From positions 1 to 35,290 of the forward strand of contig NIVC01002798.1 in assembly GCA_002269645.1 (NCBI GenBank): 35,290 nt of DNA, given 5' to 3'. Made by a program: the position numbers and the translations under genes. Shown piece by piece: positions 24,325 to 34,941 of this stretch. The stretch comes from Macrostomum lignano. Lineage: Eukaryota. The notes under the pieces are model-generated. The model did no database searches and had not been told where the DNA came from. It worked only from the letters and a program-made list of their open reading frames with translations. Positions within the stretch are counted from its first letter, which is position 1. Each line of letters starts with the position of its first letter.

Positions 24325-25711
24325 GCGCTGGAGCGTTGAGCTCACAAGCGTAAAATACCCCCGAACTTTCAACCAATATACCAGAGCTTGGCATTTAGCC
24401 CCCCCCCCCAATCCTACTGTTCAACATTTTGCACTGTTTTTACTCCAAAAATATTGTTTATTGATTCAACAGTTTTAATGCCACAAGTTTTCAAATATAA
24501 GTTTGACGCATCGAATCACGAGAAAATTACTGCTTCGTTAAATATTGCACTGCCGCTGGATTTCAAGTCCTGATCGTTTTTTTCGAGATTATATAGGACT
24601 AAGAAAAAGCGAAAACGATTACAATTCGAAATTAACTTCAAAAGGAGTGTCCCAAAACTTTGTACGAGCATAAAGCTTTTTGTGTATTTTTTTACAATAA
24701 AAATTGCAATACAGTGCGCGACGGACAAGCCTTTTTATAACTGTACTTTCTTGAGGACAAAATCAGCTTGGAAAAATAAGGAAAATCAAAGTTGATCGCG
24801 CATGCGCGACCGCGAGGCTAGTTGTAGTACACTAGTAGTTCGCTATAACAGATCAATGCTAAATTTGAGTTTAATTATAAAGGCAGTTCTGGGCGGAGAA
24901 AATCGCATGTAAAAAACTCTGTGCTTAACTCTGAAATTAATCGCCTCGCTCGCCGTGAACTCGAAATTATCTCTTACTAGTTAAGGCCTCTTTAAATGAG
25001 TAAATATAGAAGAGGAAAATAAAAAGTATCAGATAGATTCTCCTATCGAATGGAGCATCGATCAGCAGCGTATATTCACTCCACTCGACCATCTAAATTC
25101 TGAAAGTAAGCACTAAAAATTTGTGTTACGAAATATAACTTTGGGTTGTGATTCTTGTTACTGAAACACATTGACTCTTAACTCTTTTTATTGATAATGA
25201 AAATATCACACTAGTCCTAGGTCCTAGCTGCACCATTAAGAATTTCACAGTGGTCCGGCCCAGCTGTTCTGTTGAAAACTATCGCACAGTTGCAGATATG
25301 GAAAATTGAAGTATAGAAGGAAGCGCGTCATACTCGAAATTTTCCTAGGAATAAGCTGCATCGAGGCCGGTGAAATTGTATTTGTCGTATCTCCAATGCT
25401 CTGGAGAACGCTCAGCGCTGAATGGCTATAGGGTTTCGCCATAGACAAAATTCGGTCGGGAAAAAACCGCACCATCCTTGCATTCCATGCCGCGGCCTCG
25501 GTGCAGCTCATTTCTAAGAAAATCGAGTGCAGCTGTCCATGGTTGCGGATCGTCAAGAATCTTGTCCTTAATTGCGTAGAATTAATCTCACATTCACCCA
25601 GCCAAATAACAAGAGACGCGATAAACTACAGCTCATTAGTCATAAATTAATCATTGCGTGCAGGAAAACTCGGAGACTAAAAATAATCAAATATTGAATG
25701 CTGTCTATAGC

Positions 25712-26109
25712 CTAGGCCAGACCCAGCAGGGTGTCCAGCTCGCTAGCGTCCAGATTGCCGTCCACCCATTCCTCCTGCTCACTATGCAAAATCGGCGACG
25801 GAGTGGCGCCCCGGCCGCCGCCGCTGCTGCCACCGGCGCCGCCACCGCCTCCGCCGCCGACCTCGCCTATGCTGCTGACCCACCAGCTCGGCGGATTCAG
25901 CGCTGTGCCGTGCAAAGTCAAATCCAGCAGGCTGGCTGGGTTGGACATGTCCAGAGCCGCCTGGCCGCTCTCGCCAAGCAAGCCGTCGTCCGGTTCAAAC
26001 AGCCAGCGCTCATCGTCGGCAGGACCGGTGGTGCTGGCTGCTGCTGCTGTAGACGACGAAGCCGTCGAGACAGAGCCAACGGTCGCTCCAGCTGGCCGGG
26101 GGTCGGATG
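25712..26109 (-). CDS. foxJ1: FoxJ1-like forkhead transcription factor, exon 3 (C-terminus)
   Basis: Acceptor TTTGCCAG, phase 1 matches the exon 2 donor; LDLTLHG..LNPPSWW resembles the FoxJ1 C-terminal motif; stop TAG 25714-25712. Confidence 0.75.
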
Positions 26110-26218
26110 CTGGCAAAGATTTTGTTTACAGATGATAGCATGCATTTATTCTTGTAAAATATCTGCACGTTTAATGCTCATGATCCCAGATCATGATCAG
26201 ATCACCAAGATCCCACCC

Positions 26219-26428
26219 TCCCAGATTCTCAGTTTCTGGGCCAACCTCCCAGATCCTCAGCTGCTGGGCCAGCCTCCCAGATCCTCAGCTGCTGGGCCAG
26301 CCTCCCAGATCCTCAGCTGCTGGGCCAGCCTCCCAGATCCTCAGCTGCTGGGCCAGCCTCCCAGATCCTCAGTTTCTGGGCCAGCCTCCCAGATCCTCAG
26401 CTGCTGGGCCAGCCTCCCAGATCCTCAG
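26219..26428. repeat. 28-bp minisatellite in foxJ1 intron 2 (CCCAGATCCTCAGCTGCTGGGCCAGCCT, about 7.5 copies)
   Basis: Period 28 (26248, 26276, ...). Confidence 0.95.
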
Positions 26429-26516
26429 TTGCAGACTTCTTGTAAGCAGTTGGCAATCTAATAAAAAGCGAATTTTCGAGCTACCCTCAAGCGAATCTGA
26501 TTGCTTCATGGCCTAC

Positions 26517-27009
26517 CGTTTTTCAAGCTGACACCCGACAGAGTCGGGTCATGGCTCCGCATCGAGTTCTCATCCAGGATGTTTGCGCTCAGCCAATCGG
26601 ATCCAGGCATCGGGTGCCCATGCTGCAGGTGGTGGTGGTCACCATAGAAACTCCGTCTCTCATCCTGGAAATCCGGCACGCTGAACTGCGTCTGATAGGT
26701 GGCGTGCATCGCCTGCTGGCTGCCATAGAATAGGTTGCCATGGTTACGCCGTTTCACAGTGGCCGCCATCTCCTTGCTGGCGCTGGCAGCCTGCGGCCCG
26801 CCTGGTCGCTTGAAACCCGCCGTCTGGGCGAGCGACGTGACAGGGGCGGTGACGGGCCCCGTTGCCAGATGGTTGCTATGCGGCATCTCCAAATAGCTGG
26901 CGTGGTCGGGATTGAGCCTCCAGAAGCCGCCCTTGTTCCCGGCCTCGTCTTTGCGCCGCGGAACCCGTTGGAAGCAGCGGTTTAGGGTGAGGTTGTAGCG
27001 GACCGCGCT
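26517..27009 (-). CDS. foxJ1: FoxJ1-like exon 2 (forkhead helix 3 and wings)
   Basis: Acceptor TCTTTTCAG; SAVRYNLTLNRCFQRVPRRKDEAGNKGGFWRLNP resembles FoxJ1 NSIRHNLSLNKCF.KVPR.KDEPGKGGFW; donor GTAGG at 26516. Confidence 0.88.
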
Positions 27010-27042
27010 CTGAAAAGATGCCATGCTAAATGCAGCTGTGGC

Positions 27043-27253
27043 GACCTTGGCGCCCCTGGTGACCTTGGCGCCCCTGACGACCTTGGCGCCCCTGGTGACC
27101 TTGGCGCCCCTGACGACCTTGGCGCCCCTGGTGACCTTGGCGCCCCTGACGACCTTGGCGCCCCTGGTGACCTTGGCGCCCCTGACGACCTTGGCGCCCC
27201 TGGTGACCTTGGCGCCCCTGACGACCTTGGCGCCCCTGGTGACCTTGGCGCCC
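27043..27253. repeat. 18-bp minisatellite alternating as a 36-bp dimer (GACCTTGGCGCCCCTG+GT/AC) in foxJ1 intron 1
   Basis: Directly visible. Confidence 0.95.
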
Positions 27254-27289
27254 TAGACATCTTTGACATCCATGATATTTCTGACAACT

Positions 27290-27585
27290 CTTGGCACCCC
27301 TGGCACTCCTGGTACTCTGGCACCCCTGGCACTCCTGGTACCCTTGGCGCTCCTGGCAGCCCTTGGCACTCCTGACACCCCTGGCACTCCTGGCAGCCCT
27401 TGGCACTCCTGACACCCCTGGCACTCCTGGCACCCCTTGGCACTCCTGGCACCCCTGGCACTCCTGGCACCCCTGGAACTCCTGGCACCCCTGGCACTCC
27501 TGGTACCCCTGGACTCCTGGCACTCCCTGGCACCCCTGGCACTCCTGACACCCCTGGCACTCCTGGCACCCCTGGCGTCCCTAGC
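27290..27585. repeat. 9/18-bp minisatellite (GGCACTCCT/GGCACCCCT) in foxJ1 intron 1
   Basis: Directly visible; produces spurious PGV and collagen-like ORFs. Confidence 0.92.
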
Positions 27586-28499
27586 ATGCACTCTGTATGA
27601 CTACATGTCGGTAAAACAGTAGAAAGTGACCCAAAGAAAATCCAAATTATTAATATTTAACAACGATTTTCACGAAGCCACCTTGAACTCAACTGGTAGC
27701 TTGTTACTTGTAGTAGCCAGTTCGAAACATCTCTAGTTTAGCTCCTTTTGACAGCTACTTTTAGCGCACTTTTGCACAAGACGAATCTAACTAACCATAA
27801 TTGTCTTTCTTGGAAAGCAAAGTCTCTCAATGGTGATGCTAAAATTAGGCATCTGGCTGTTGACTAAAGGATACTGGCTAAAGAGAATTAAAGTACAGTT
27901 GCACTTTGCGCTTTCCCCTGCTTCTGGCTTCTAAGCCCCCCTCACTCATCCCCAGTCCTGAAGGGGAGAATTAAGGCCCACGGCGAGATCGATGCAAAGA
28001 GTCTGTCTGTCGTGTACGCGCCGGGGGAACAATGGAGCTGAGAGCCGGGGATGTGAATGTTAAGAAAAAAATTGGGAATGGGAAGGACGGGAAACAGAGC
28101 CGAGACCTGCGCGCTGGGGGGCACCGATGTTTGGGATACAAAATTTTTGGATGCAGCTTTTCCTAACAGAATCCCAAGTAGCAAGCTCCCAATATGGAAT
28201 GCGGGTGACCTCTCTTCTCAGCTGCGATGTTTTTTTGGTGTAGGGCGAGAGATTCACGCTGGGCCTGCCATTCTTTTGTGGAGAACAATTTTTAGTGTCT
28301 GCGCACGGGTCGTAAATATTTTATTGTGCCAAGAACTGCACAGAAACTGGGGAGCTGGGGCTGTCATGGAGGTGGGTTACGGGCAACCAGTGCCACGTGA
28401 ATTGAGATCAATCGTATTTTTAGTTCGCACTCGTATAGTAGCTGACAGGCGTGCAAATGCAACAGGGCCAGCCCCATAAAATTGACTAAAATGTTGCTC

Positions 28500-29192
28500 T
28501 GGACTTCTACAGGATGACAGCACTAACAGGGGCGTAGCCAACGGGGGGTCATGGGAGCCATGACCCTCCCCCAGCCGGCTGATCCAGGCCAAATTTTCAG
28601 GCCCCCTCCCCCGTCGCAGAGGCCTAGCACCCCCTGCCCCCGGTTGCCGCTGTGAGCCTGTGACTGACTGTGACCCCCCCCCCCGAAGGAAATCCTGGCT
28701 GCGCCACTGAGCACTAACAAAGACTTAGACTTGTAGAGGATAGTAGCACTAGCAAAGACCTGGACTTCTACAGTATGGTAGCACTATAGCAAAGACCTGG
28801 ACTTGTACAGGATGGTAGCACTAGCAAAGACCTGGACTTGTACAAAATAGTAGCACTAAGCAAAGACATGGCACTTGTACAGGATGGTAGCACTAGCAAA
28901 GACCTGGACTTGTACAGGATGGTAGCACTAAGCAAAGACCTGGACTTGTACAGGATGGTAGCACTAGCAAAGACATGGACTTGTACAAAATAGTAGCACT
29001 AAGCAAAGACATGGACTTGTACAGGATGGTAGCACTAGCAAAGACCTGGACTTGTACAGGATGGTAGCACTAAGCAAAGACCTGGACTTGTACAGGATGG
29101 TAGCACTAGCAAAGACATGGACTTGTACAGGATGGTAGCACTAGCAAAGACATGGACTTGTACAGGATGGTAGGACTAACAAAGACCTTGGA
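28500..29192. repeat. 35/36-bp minisatellite (GGACTTGTACAGGATGGTAGCACTAGCAAAGACCT) in foxJ1 intron 1, interrupted by the MITE
   Basis: Roughly 14 units visible. Confidence 0.93.
28527..28709. mobile_element. Non-autonomous hAT-type MITE, copy 2 (183 bp)
   Basis: TIRs CAGGGGCGTAGCCA / TGGCTGCGCCACTG; 8-bp TSD AGCACTAA at 28519-28526 and 28710-28717; inserted into the first unit of the 35/36-bp minisatellite. Confidence 0.92.
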
Positions 29193-29281
29193 CTGGCGCT
29201 GGATCGGACGCAGACAAAGTCATGGGCTGGTGGACAGGAATCAAACAAACATTGCGCAGTCAAGCCTATAGTTATTCTCAC

Positions 29282-29845
29282 CTGCCAGCTCTTGTCTCCT
29301 GAGCAGCGATAAAAGGCGAATTTGTCGCCTATCCAGCCGCAGATTTCCTGCAGAGTCATGCGGGAGCGGCTCTGGCTGGTCAGGGCCATGAAGATCAGAG
29401 TCGAGAATGAGTATGGCGGCTTCAGGCTGGGATCGGACGCGAACTCGGCAGCGGGCAACGGCGGGACGGGCGGCGGCGCCGACGGCGGCAACTGGATGGC
29501 ACCGTTGGCGGCCGAGTGGCTGGCCGGCACTGAGAGAGCTCTGGCGGCCAAGAATGCAGCGCTTCGATCCAACTGATGCGGCCTCTGCTGCGTGCCGCCG
29601 CTGGGACTGACTTGAGAGGACAGCTGCTGCGACTGCAGCAACGGCGGCGGCATGAGCAGCAGCGGGCCCGGCGAAACTGGCGGGGACGCTGGCGGAGTTG
29701 GCGGAGTCAGCTTCATCAAATCCATGTTCTGCAGCCAGCCAAGGTTGGTGAGGTCAGCATCGCCAAACGAGGGCCTAGAGTCGAGCTCGGTGTCCCTTGT
29801 TGCCCAGTTGTGACGCAGCTTCTGAGCCAGCTGATTGCGATTCAT
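29282..29845 (-). CDS. foxJ1: FoxJ1-like exon 1 (N-terminus and forkhead helices 1-2)
   Basis: LTNLGWLQ N-terminal motif; KPPYSFSTLIFMAL...MTLQEICGWIGDKFAFYR...SWQ; GTGAG donor at 29281 (phase 0). Spliced CDS 564+493+398 = 1455 nt, 484 aa. Confidence 0.9.
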
Positions 29846-31705
29846 GCTGATCTCGCTGAAAATATTGCAATATCCATTTACTTTTTAATATGAATTAAAA
29901 TGTAAATTTGTTGCAAATCAATTTGATTTTGAATAGATAGCTAAATTATGAGCAGTTTATTCAGAAAATCTTAGACTAAGTTGAAAATATTGTAAAAACT
30001 TTCTTTTTTAAACACTCAACTGTAATTGTACATTTTTTAATCCAAAGTTCTGTACGAATCAAAACTTCAGAAGCAATAAATTTATTTGAAATTTTGCTCT
30101 TAATCAGGTGGATTTACCTTTATCATAAGATACTGCTATCTTGATAGTGGGACATAGAATTTGACAGTTTTTATGATAAATTATTTCTTGTATATTCTTG
30201 GTCGCTACCTTAAGGCTAAGTTCTTAGCTTTTTTAAGAGTTTGAGTGTCCCTATAGTAAAGCTAGTTAAATACATAGTCTTGGTATTAAAAACTGACATG
30301 AATAATTTTTGCTTTAAATAAAAAAACAAAATAAAAAACTGTCAATCGACAACGCAATTTTACTTTTAAGAACGTTGATGAAAGCACTTGCAAGCTGAAG
30401 CTTATACATGAATAACATGAGGCTAAATTTTTCCCATATGGAATGATTGTTATATATTATAACTAACTGTTAGTAAGATATTATACATATTCATTTAACG
30501 AATTCCACAGTCACAGTTGTAATGTAAAAAGCAAAGCGACTCCTCACCGCTTAATCGTTAATCGAAACAAAAAACTATTTTGCTAAAAAAGAATTTAAAG
30601 GTTGACCGATGCAAAGTTTCTAGTGTAAACTTGGCTTCAGAAACAGACTTTTTAATTTAAACTATTTTTTAACAGCGAAAATAGCTTTGAGACGTTTTGA
30701 AAGAGCTTTTATCTTAAAATTATATATTTCCAACACATTAATATGCAATATTTGTTTTAACGTTGAAGTAAACTCAAGCCGCTATTAAGAGAACACAAGA
30801 TCTTTTTTACCTCGAACTCACCTTATCTAATACATACTATGACTGGATTTTAAAAATATGTGATGAGAAAAATTAACTCGAGTTATGAACGGCTATGCAC
30901 GTCAGGGAGGCTATATTTCAAGGGTGTGCAATTTTGAAACGTTATATAAAGCCTGCATGGTCTCTATAGTCATCTTGCCTTTTAGAATGAATGGAATTCA
31001 AGCAAAAATTTCTGAAATAAAAATAATGCAATAAAATATACATATACAGTGGTGGAACATTAATTTTCGATTGAAATTGATATTGTTCTGAACTCGTCCA
31101 ATAAACTAGTGGACAAAATGAGCGATTGTATGGGTACACATACATGTGATAATTATTATACTGTGGTTTTTAAGCTATTTTAAGTTACATGTATACTGTA
31201 CATGCACAGTCGCTAAAGTTACATCTGTGTCTTGTTTAAAAATCGAAATTTAATACTTTATCTACAATTCTATTTCTGGAGCTGTTTATTTTTTCAGCAC
31301 ATGTGTAAACTATATAGGAAGCAATTACTTCAGAAATCATGCACAAAGTTCAAGAAGTGCCAAGTTTTCATCCCGGACCTTTCTCTAGCTAATTCATATG
31401 GGCTGAGAATCTGAGATACGAGTAGACACGAGTTGCAGAAAAGACTCATTTTGATCTTCCCTCCCGGCTCCAGGCAGCTCATGCAGCAAGCAACTTCAGT
31501 ATTGAGCATGCACTTTATTTACCATCTATGCATTTCCCTAGACGGCGCGGCAGCTTTCATTTGCTATTTGTTCGGGCTCCTAGAAAGTAGTCTGTGGGCG
31601 AACCTGCAAAATGGCATTAGAAGTTAAGCAACGCTAGTGCTTCAGCTTATAGCCGCTCCTCTAGATAGTGGAATTGTGAAACAGCCCCCGGAGCGCAGAG
31701 AAGCC

Positions 31706-32401
31706 ATGGTCTCCGTTGCTTACGACTGTGTCAACCTCAACCACACGATCGACAAGGTGGCCAAGTGGATGGCCACGTCCGACTCGCAGGTCTGCCTGTT
31801 TGCAGACGACAATTCTGTCTCCATTCTGTCATCGTCGTCAACTACAAACTCGGCGGGCGAGCAGGGCCGACAGGTGCTAATAGACCGGCTGAAGAGCGAC
31901 GCGGTGAGCCGCATGAAGTCGCTGCTCCGGAGCACGGCCAGCCAGGAAAACAACCATAACGAGTTCAAGAGGAAGTCCAGCGACAGGCGCGCCGCCGCTA
32001 TGGACGCGTGCAGCTCTAACAGCTCCGGCGCGACACCGAACCGGAACCAGAACAACCGAGGCCACGGCACCGAGGCGGAGCACCGGCGCAAGACGCACTC
32101 GGACAGCCGGCACAGGCGCCAGTCGCAGCCGTCCAACAGCCACTCGGTTGCCATGCAGCGCAAGGACAGCGGCGACGGCAGCGGCGACTTCAAGGAGGAC
32201 AAGTACCTCGAGCGCATCATCGAGCGGGCCACGCAGGAGATTCGAGTCGCAATCTACAAGCTCAGCGCCGAGAACAAGCTGCCGGAGAAGTGCCACCTCA
32301 AGATGAAGCTATCCATCAAGCCACAGCGGGCAGCCAGCGAAGCCAACAGCCAAAGGAGCAACACGGCCATTGGCATAAAACGAGTCTTGCCGTGCCTCTG
32401 A
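31706..32401 (+). CDS. Hypothetical protein, about 231 aa, no recognised family
   Basis: GCCATGG start context; GC-rich codon style like neighbouring exons, embedded in AT-rich flanks; divergent from foxJ1. Confidence 0.65.
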   Translation: MVSVAYDCVNLNHTIDKVAKWMATSDSQVCLFADDNSVSILSSSSTTNSAGEQGRQVLIDRLKSDAVSRMKSLLRSTASQENNHNEFKRKSSDRRAAAMDACSSNSSGATPNRNQNNRGHGTEAEHRRKTHSDSRHRRQSQPSNSHSVAMQRKDSGDGSGDFKEDKYLERIIERATQEIRVAIYKLSAENKLPEKCHLKMKLSIKPQRAASEANSQRSNTAIGIKRVLPCL

Positions 32402-32892
32402 ACATGGTTTATTTACCAATCAGAATATACCTACAGCTCTTTGAAAAATTGAAACATAAAATACGTTTAGCGCTGACCTACCCTTCAGACCTCCCTTGGA
32501 AAAGTTCTACGAGCCAATATTAACTATCCAACGCTTTGCCCAACCACCGGGTTCGCACCCTTGCTTTATAGCTGTATTCAGCGCCAACCTTGTATCTAAG
32601 CTGTTAAGCATTAGTTTGTTGTGCACTATGAAACACTTGACCTTCCACGAAACCCTCTTTAATAGCTTTTTTAGCTTTTCAATTAGTGCCATTTCGCATT
32701 AGGTAACGCATGCTGAGAGCAATGACAGCTATTTTCGTTATTCACATCTGTAAGAAAGGTGACTTGCCTGTTTTTTCAGCTTAAAATACACAATATGCAA
32801 AGTGCCTTTTTTACAACATGCCAACTACAGCATAGCGCTCCACTGACTTATTTTTCATAAAGACAGCAGCGATTGATTGCTTGCCGACACAA

Positions 32893-33563
32893 TGGCGCCC
32901 CGACTCCCAGTGGCGCCCCGACTCCCAAAGTAGCGCCCCGACTGCAAGAGTAGCTCCCTGGCTGCAAGAGTAGTGCTCTGACTGCAAGAGTAGCGCCCCG
33001 ACTCCCAGAGCAGCGCCCCGACTCCCAGAGCAGCGCCCCGACTCCCAGAGTAGCGCCCCGACTGCCACAGTGGCGCCCCGACTGCCACAGTGACGCCCCG
33101 ACTGCAACAGTGGCGCCCCGACTGCCACAGTGACGCCCCGATGGCCACAGTGGCGCCCCGACTGCCAGAGTGGCTCCCCGACTGCCAGAGTGGTTCCCCG
33201 ACTGCCAGAGTGGTTCCCCGACTGCCACAGTGACGCTCCGACTTGTAGAGCGGCGCCCCGACTGCCAGAGTGGTTCCCCGACTGCCACAGTGACGCTCCG
33301 ACTTGTAGAGCGGCGCCCCGACTGCCAGAGTGGTTCCCCGACTGCCACAGTGACGCTCCGACTTGTAGAGCGGCGCCCCGACTGCCAGAGTGGTTCCCCG
33401 ACTGTCAGAGTGACGCCCCAACTGCCAGAGTGGCACCCCAACTCCCAGAGTGGCGCCCGACTGCCAGAGTGGCGCCCCGACTTGTGAAGTGGCGCCCCAA
33501 CTCCCAGAGTGGCGCCCGATTGCCAGAGTGGCGCCCCGACTTGTGAAGTGGCGCCCCGACTTG
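32893..33563. repeat. 20-bp minisatellite (GTGGCGCCCCGACTGCCAGA) with a 60-bp higher-order repeat
   Basis: The 60-bp blocks starting at 33241 and 33301 are identical; the block at 33361 is near-identical. Confidence 0.95.
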
Positions 33564-33703
33564 CAAAAAATCGCAACTTAGAACATAAATCTGTTTTTTG
33601 TCATTTTTTCAGAAAGCAAAAAGGACCACTCGGTCTGAAAGCGATCGAATGGTTAAATAAAACTTTTCTCGTCAGCATCATCCGCTTGTTTATTTGTCGA
33701 TTT

Positions 33704-34216
33704 TTAATTAAAACTAAAAAACTCTCGCCAGTGAGCACAGCCAGCGGTATTGTTCAGCAAGGATCGAATGCATCTTGGCTTGGCTCGGGGAAAAGAAGAG
33801 ATTGGAAGCAATATTTTTTTGTGAAAAAAACTGTCGATGGTACAACAACAGCGCGGGTCAGCCGTCGGCTTGTAGTCCGGGTACAGGGTGCGCACGTGCA
33901 GGCTGTCCGGCGGCGACTCGGACTCGAGCAGGCGCCAGTTGACGTCCTCAAAGTAGGAATAGCGGATAACCTCGCGGACCAGAGGCCGGCTCGATGGGTC
34001 CTGGCGCAGCAGGGACTTCAACAGTTTGGCCAGGGCCTCGTCCTGGGACCCGGGGTGGCAGGCGTCGCACAGGTGGAATCGCCATTCGGGCTTGGCGGAG
34101 TTGAGAAACTTGCTCCACATGTGCGAGTTCGATGAAATGTAGATCTCGGCGATGAAGAAGCCGAATAGCCAGGCGTCAATTCTTATGAAGGAAATAGCAC
34201 GGGGCCTTATGAGTAT
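33704..34216 (-). CDS. Ser/Thr protein kinase, terminal exon (subdomains IX-XI and AGC-like tail); apparent 1-nt frameshift near 34175
   Basis: IDAWLFGFFIAEIY (subdomain IX), LLRQDPSSRP (XI), YFEDVNWRLLESESPP (AGC-like tail); candidate acceptor TCTGCATCCCAG at 34217. Confidence 0.65.
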   Translation of the reverse strand: MLIRPRAISFIRIDAWLFGFFIAEIYISSNSHMWSKFLNSAKPEWRFHLCDACHPGSQDEALAKLLKSLLRQDPSSRPLVREVIRYSYFEDVNWRLLESESPPDSLHVRTLYPDYKPTADPRCCCTIDSFFHKKILLPISSFPRAKPRCIRSLLNNTAGCAHWREFFSFN

Positions 34217-34247
34217 CTGGGATGCAGATTTCTGTCTGCGCCCACCT

Positions 34248-34433
34248 AAGAGACAGGGCAACCAAGAGACAGGGGCAACCAAGAGACAGGGCACCGAGAC
34301 AGGGCAACCAAGAGACAGGGGCAACCAAGAGACAGGGGCAACCAAGAGACAGGGGCAACCAAGAGACAGGGGCAACCAAGAGACAGGGGCAACCAGGAGA
34401 ATTGGGCAACCAAGAGACATGGACAACCACCAA
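34248..34433. repeat. 17-bp minisatellite (GCAACCAAGAGACAGGG) in kinase intron
   Basis: Period 17 visible. Confidence 0.92.
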
Positions 34434-34765
34434 GAGGACAAATTTCTGCAAGCGTCACGGCAAAGCTGCAACTAGCGCCAGCAGTCTCACTTGTAATCGT
34501 TGACGCTTCCGCCAAGCACCAGGCACTCGGCGATAGTACTGCATGGTAGTGACCGCCGGTTAGGCACATATTCATCTTTATTCGACTTGCACTCGACAGA
34601 GGACAAATTTCTGCAAGCGTCACGGCAAAGCTGCAACTAGCGCCAGCAGTCTCACTTGTAATCGTTGACCTTCCGCCAAGCACCAGGCACTCGGGCGGAT
34701 AGTACTGCATGGTAGTGACCCGCCGGTTAGGCACATATTCATCTTTATTCGACTTGCACTCGACA
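34434..34765. repeat. Tandem duplication (165 bp and 167 bp) covering the kinase activation segment and splice donor
   Basis: 34434-34598 closely matches 34599-34765, with small indels. Confidence 0.92.
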
Positions 34766-34941
34766 GCCAGGCCGAAGTCGGCCAGCTGAGGGACGCCTCG
34801 ATGATCGATGAGTACATTGTCAGCCTTGATGTCCTTGTGGCAGATGCTGATCTTGTGCAATCTGAACACGGCGTCGATGATGCAGGAGATGTAATATTTG
34901 ATGAAGCGCGATGGCAGTATGCCCACCTCGCGTTTGATCAC
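34656..34941 (-). CDS. Ser/Thr protein kinase, internal exon (subdomains VI-VIII); N-lobe lies beyond the window
   Basis: Acceptor TTTCTGGCAG; HKDIKADNVLID...LADFGLA...TTMQYYPPE; GTGAGA donor at 34655. Confidence 0.82.

Noticed and set aside
25245-25556. 103-aa minus-strand ORF as an extra foxJ1 exon or TE relic
   Set aside because: Lies beyond the foxJ1 stop, with no recognisable homology.
26982-27600. Collagen- or elastin-like ORFs (PGVPGV, QGRQGH)
   Set aside because: Generated in several frames on both strands by 9/18-bp intronic repeats; no signal peptide or phase-compatible splice sites found.
27895-28470. Possible larger TIR element or SINE (CAGTTGCACTTTGC ... GCAAATGCAACAG)
   Set aside because: Inverted match is imperfect, no TSD, and no clear Pol III A/B boxes.
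32811-33576. ORFs within the 20-bp minisatellite
   Set aside because: Open in multiple frames with repetitive content only.
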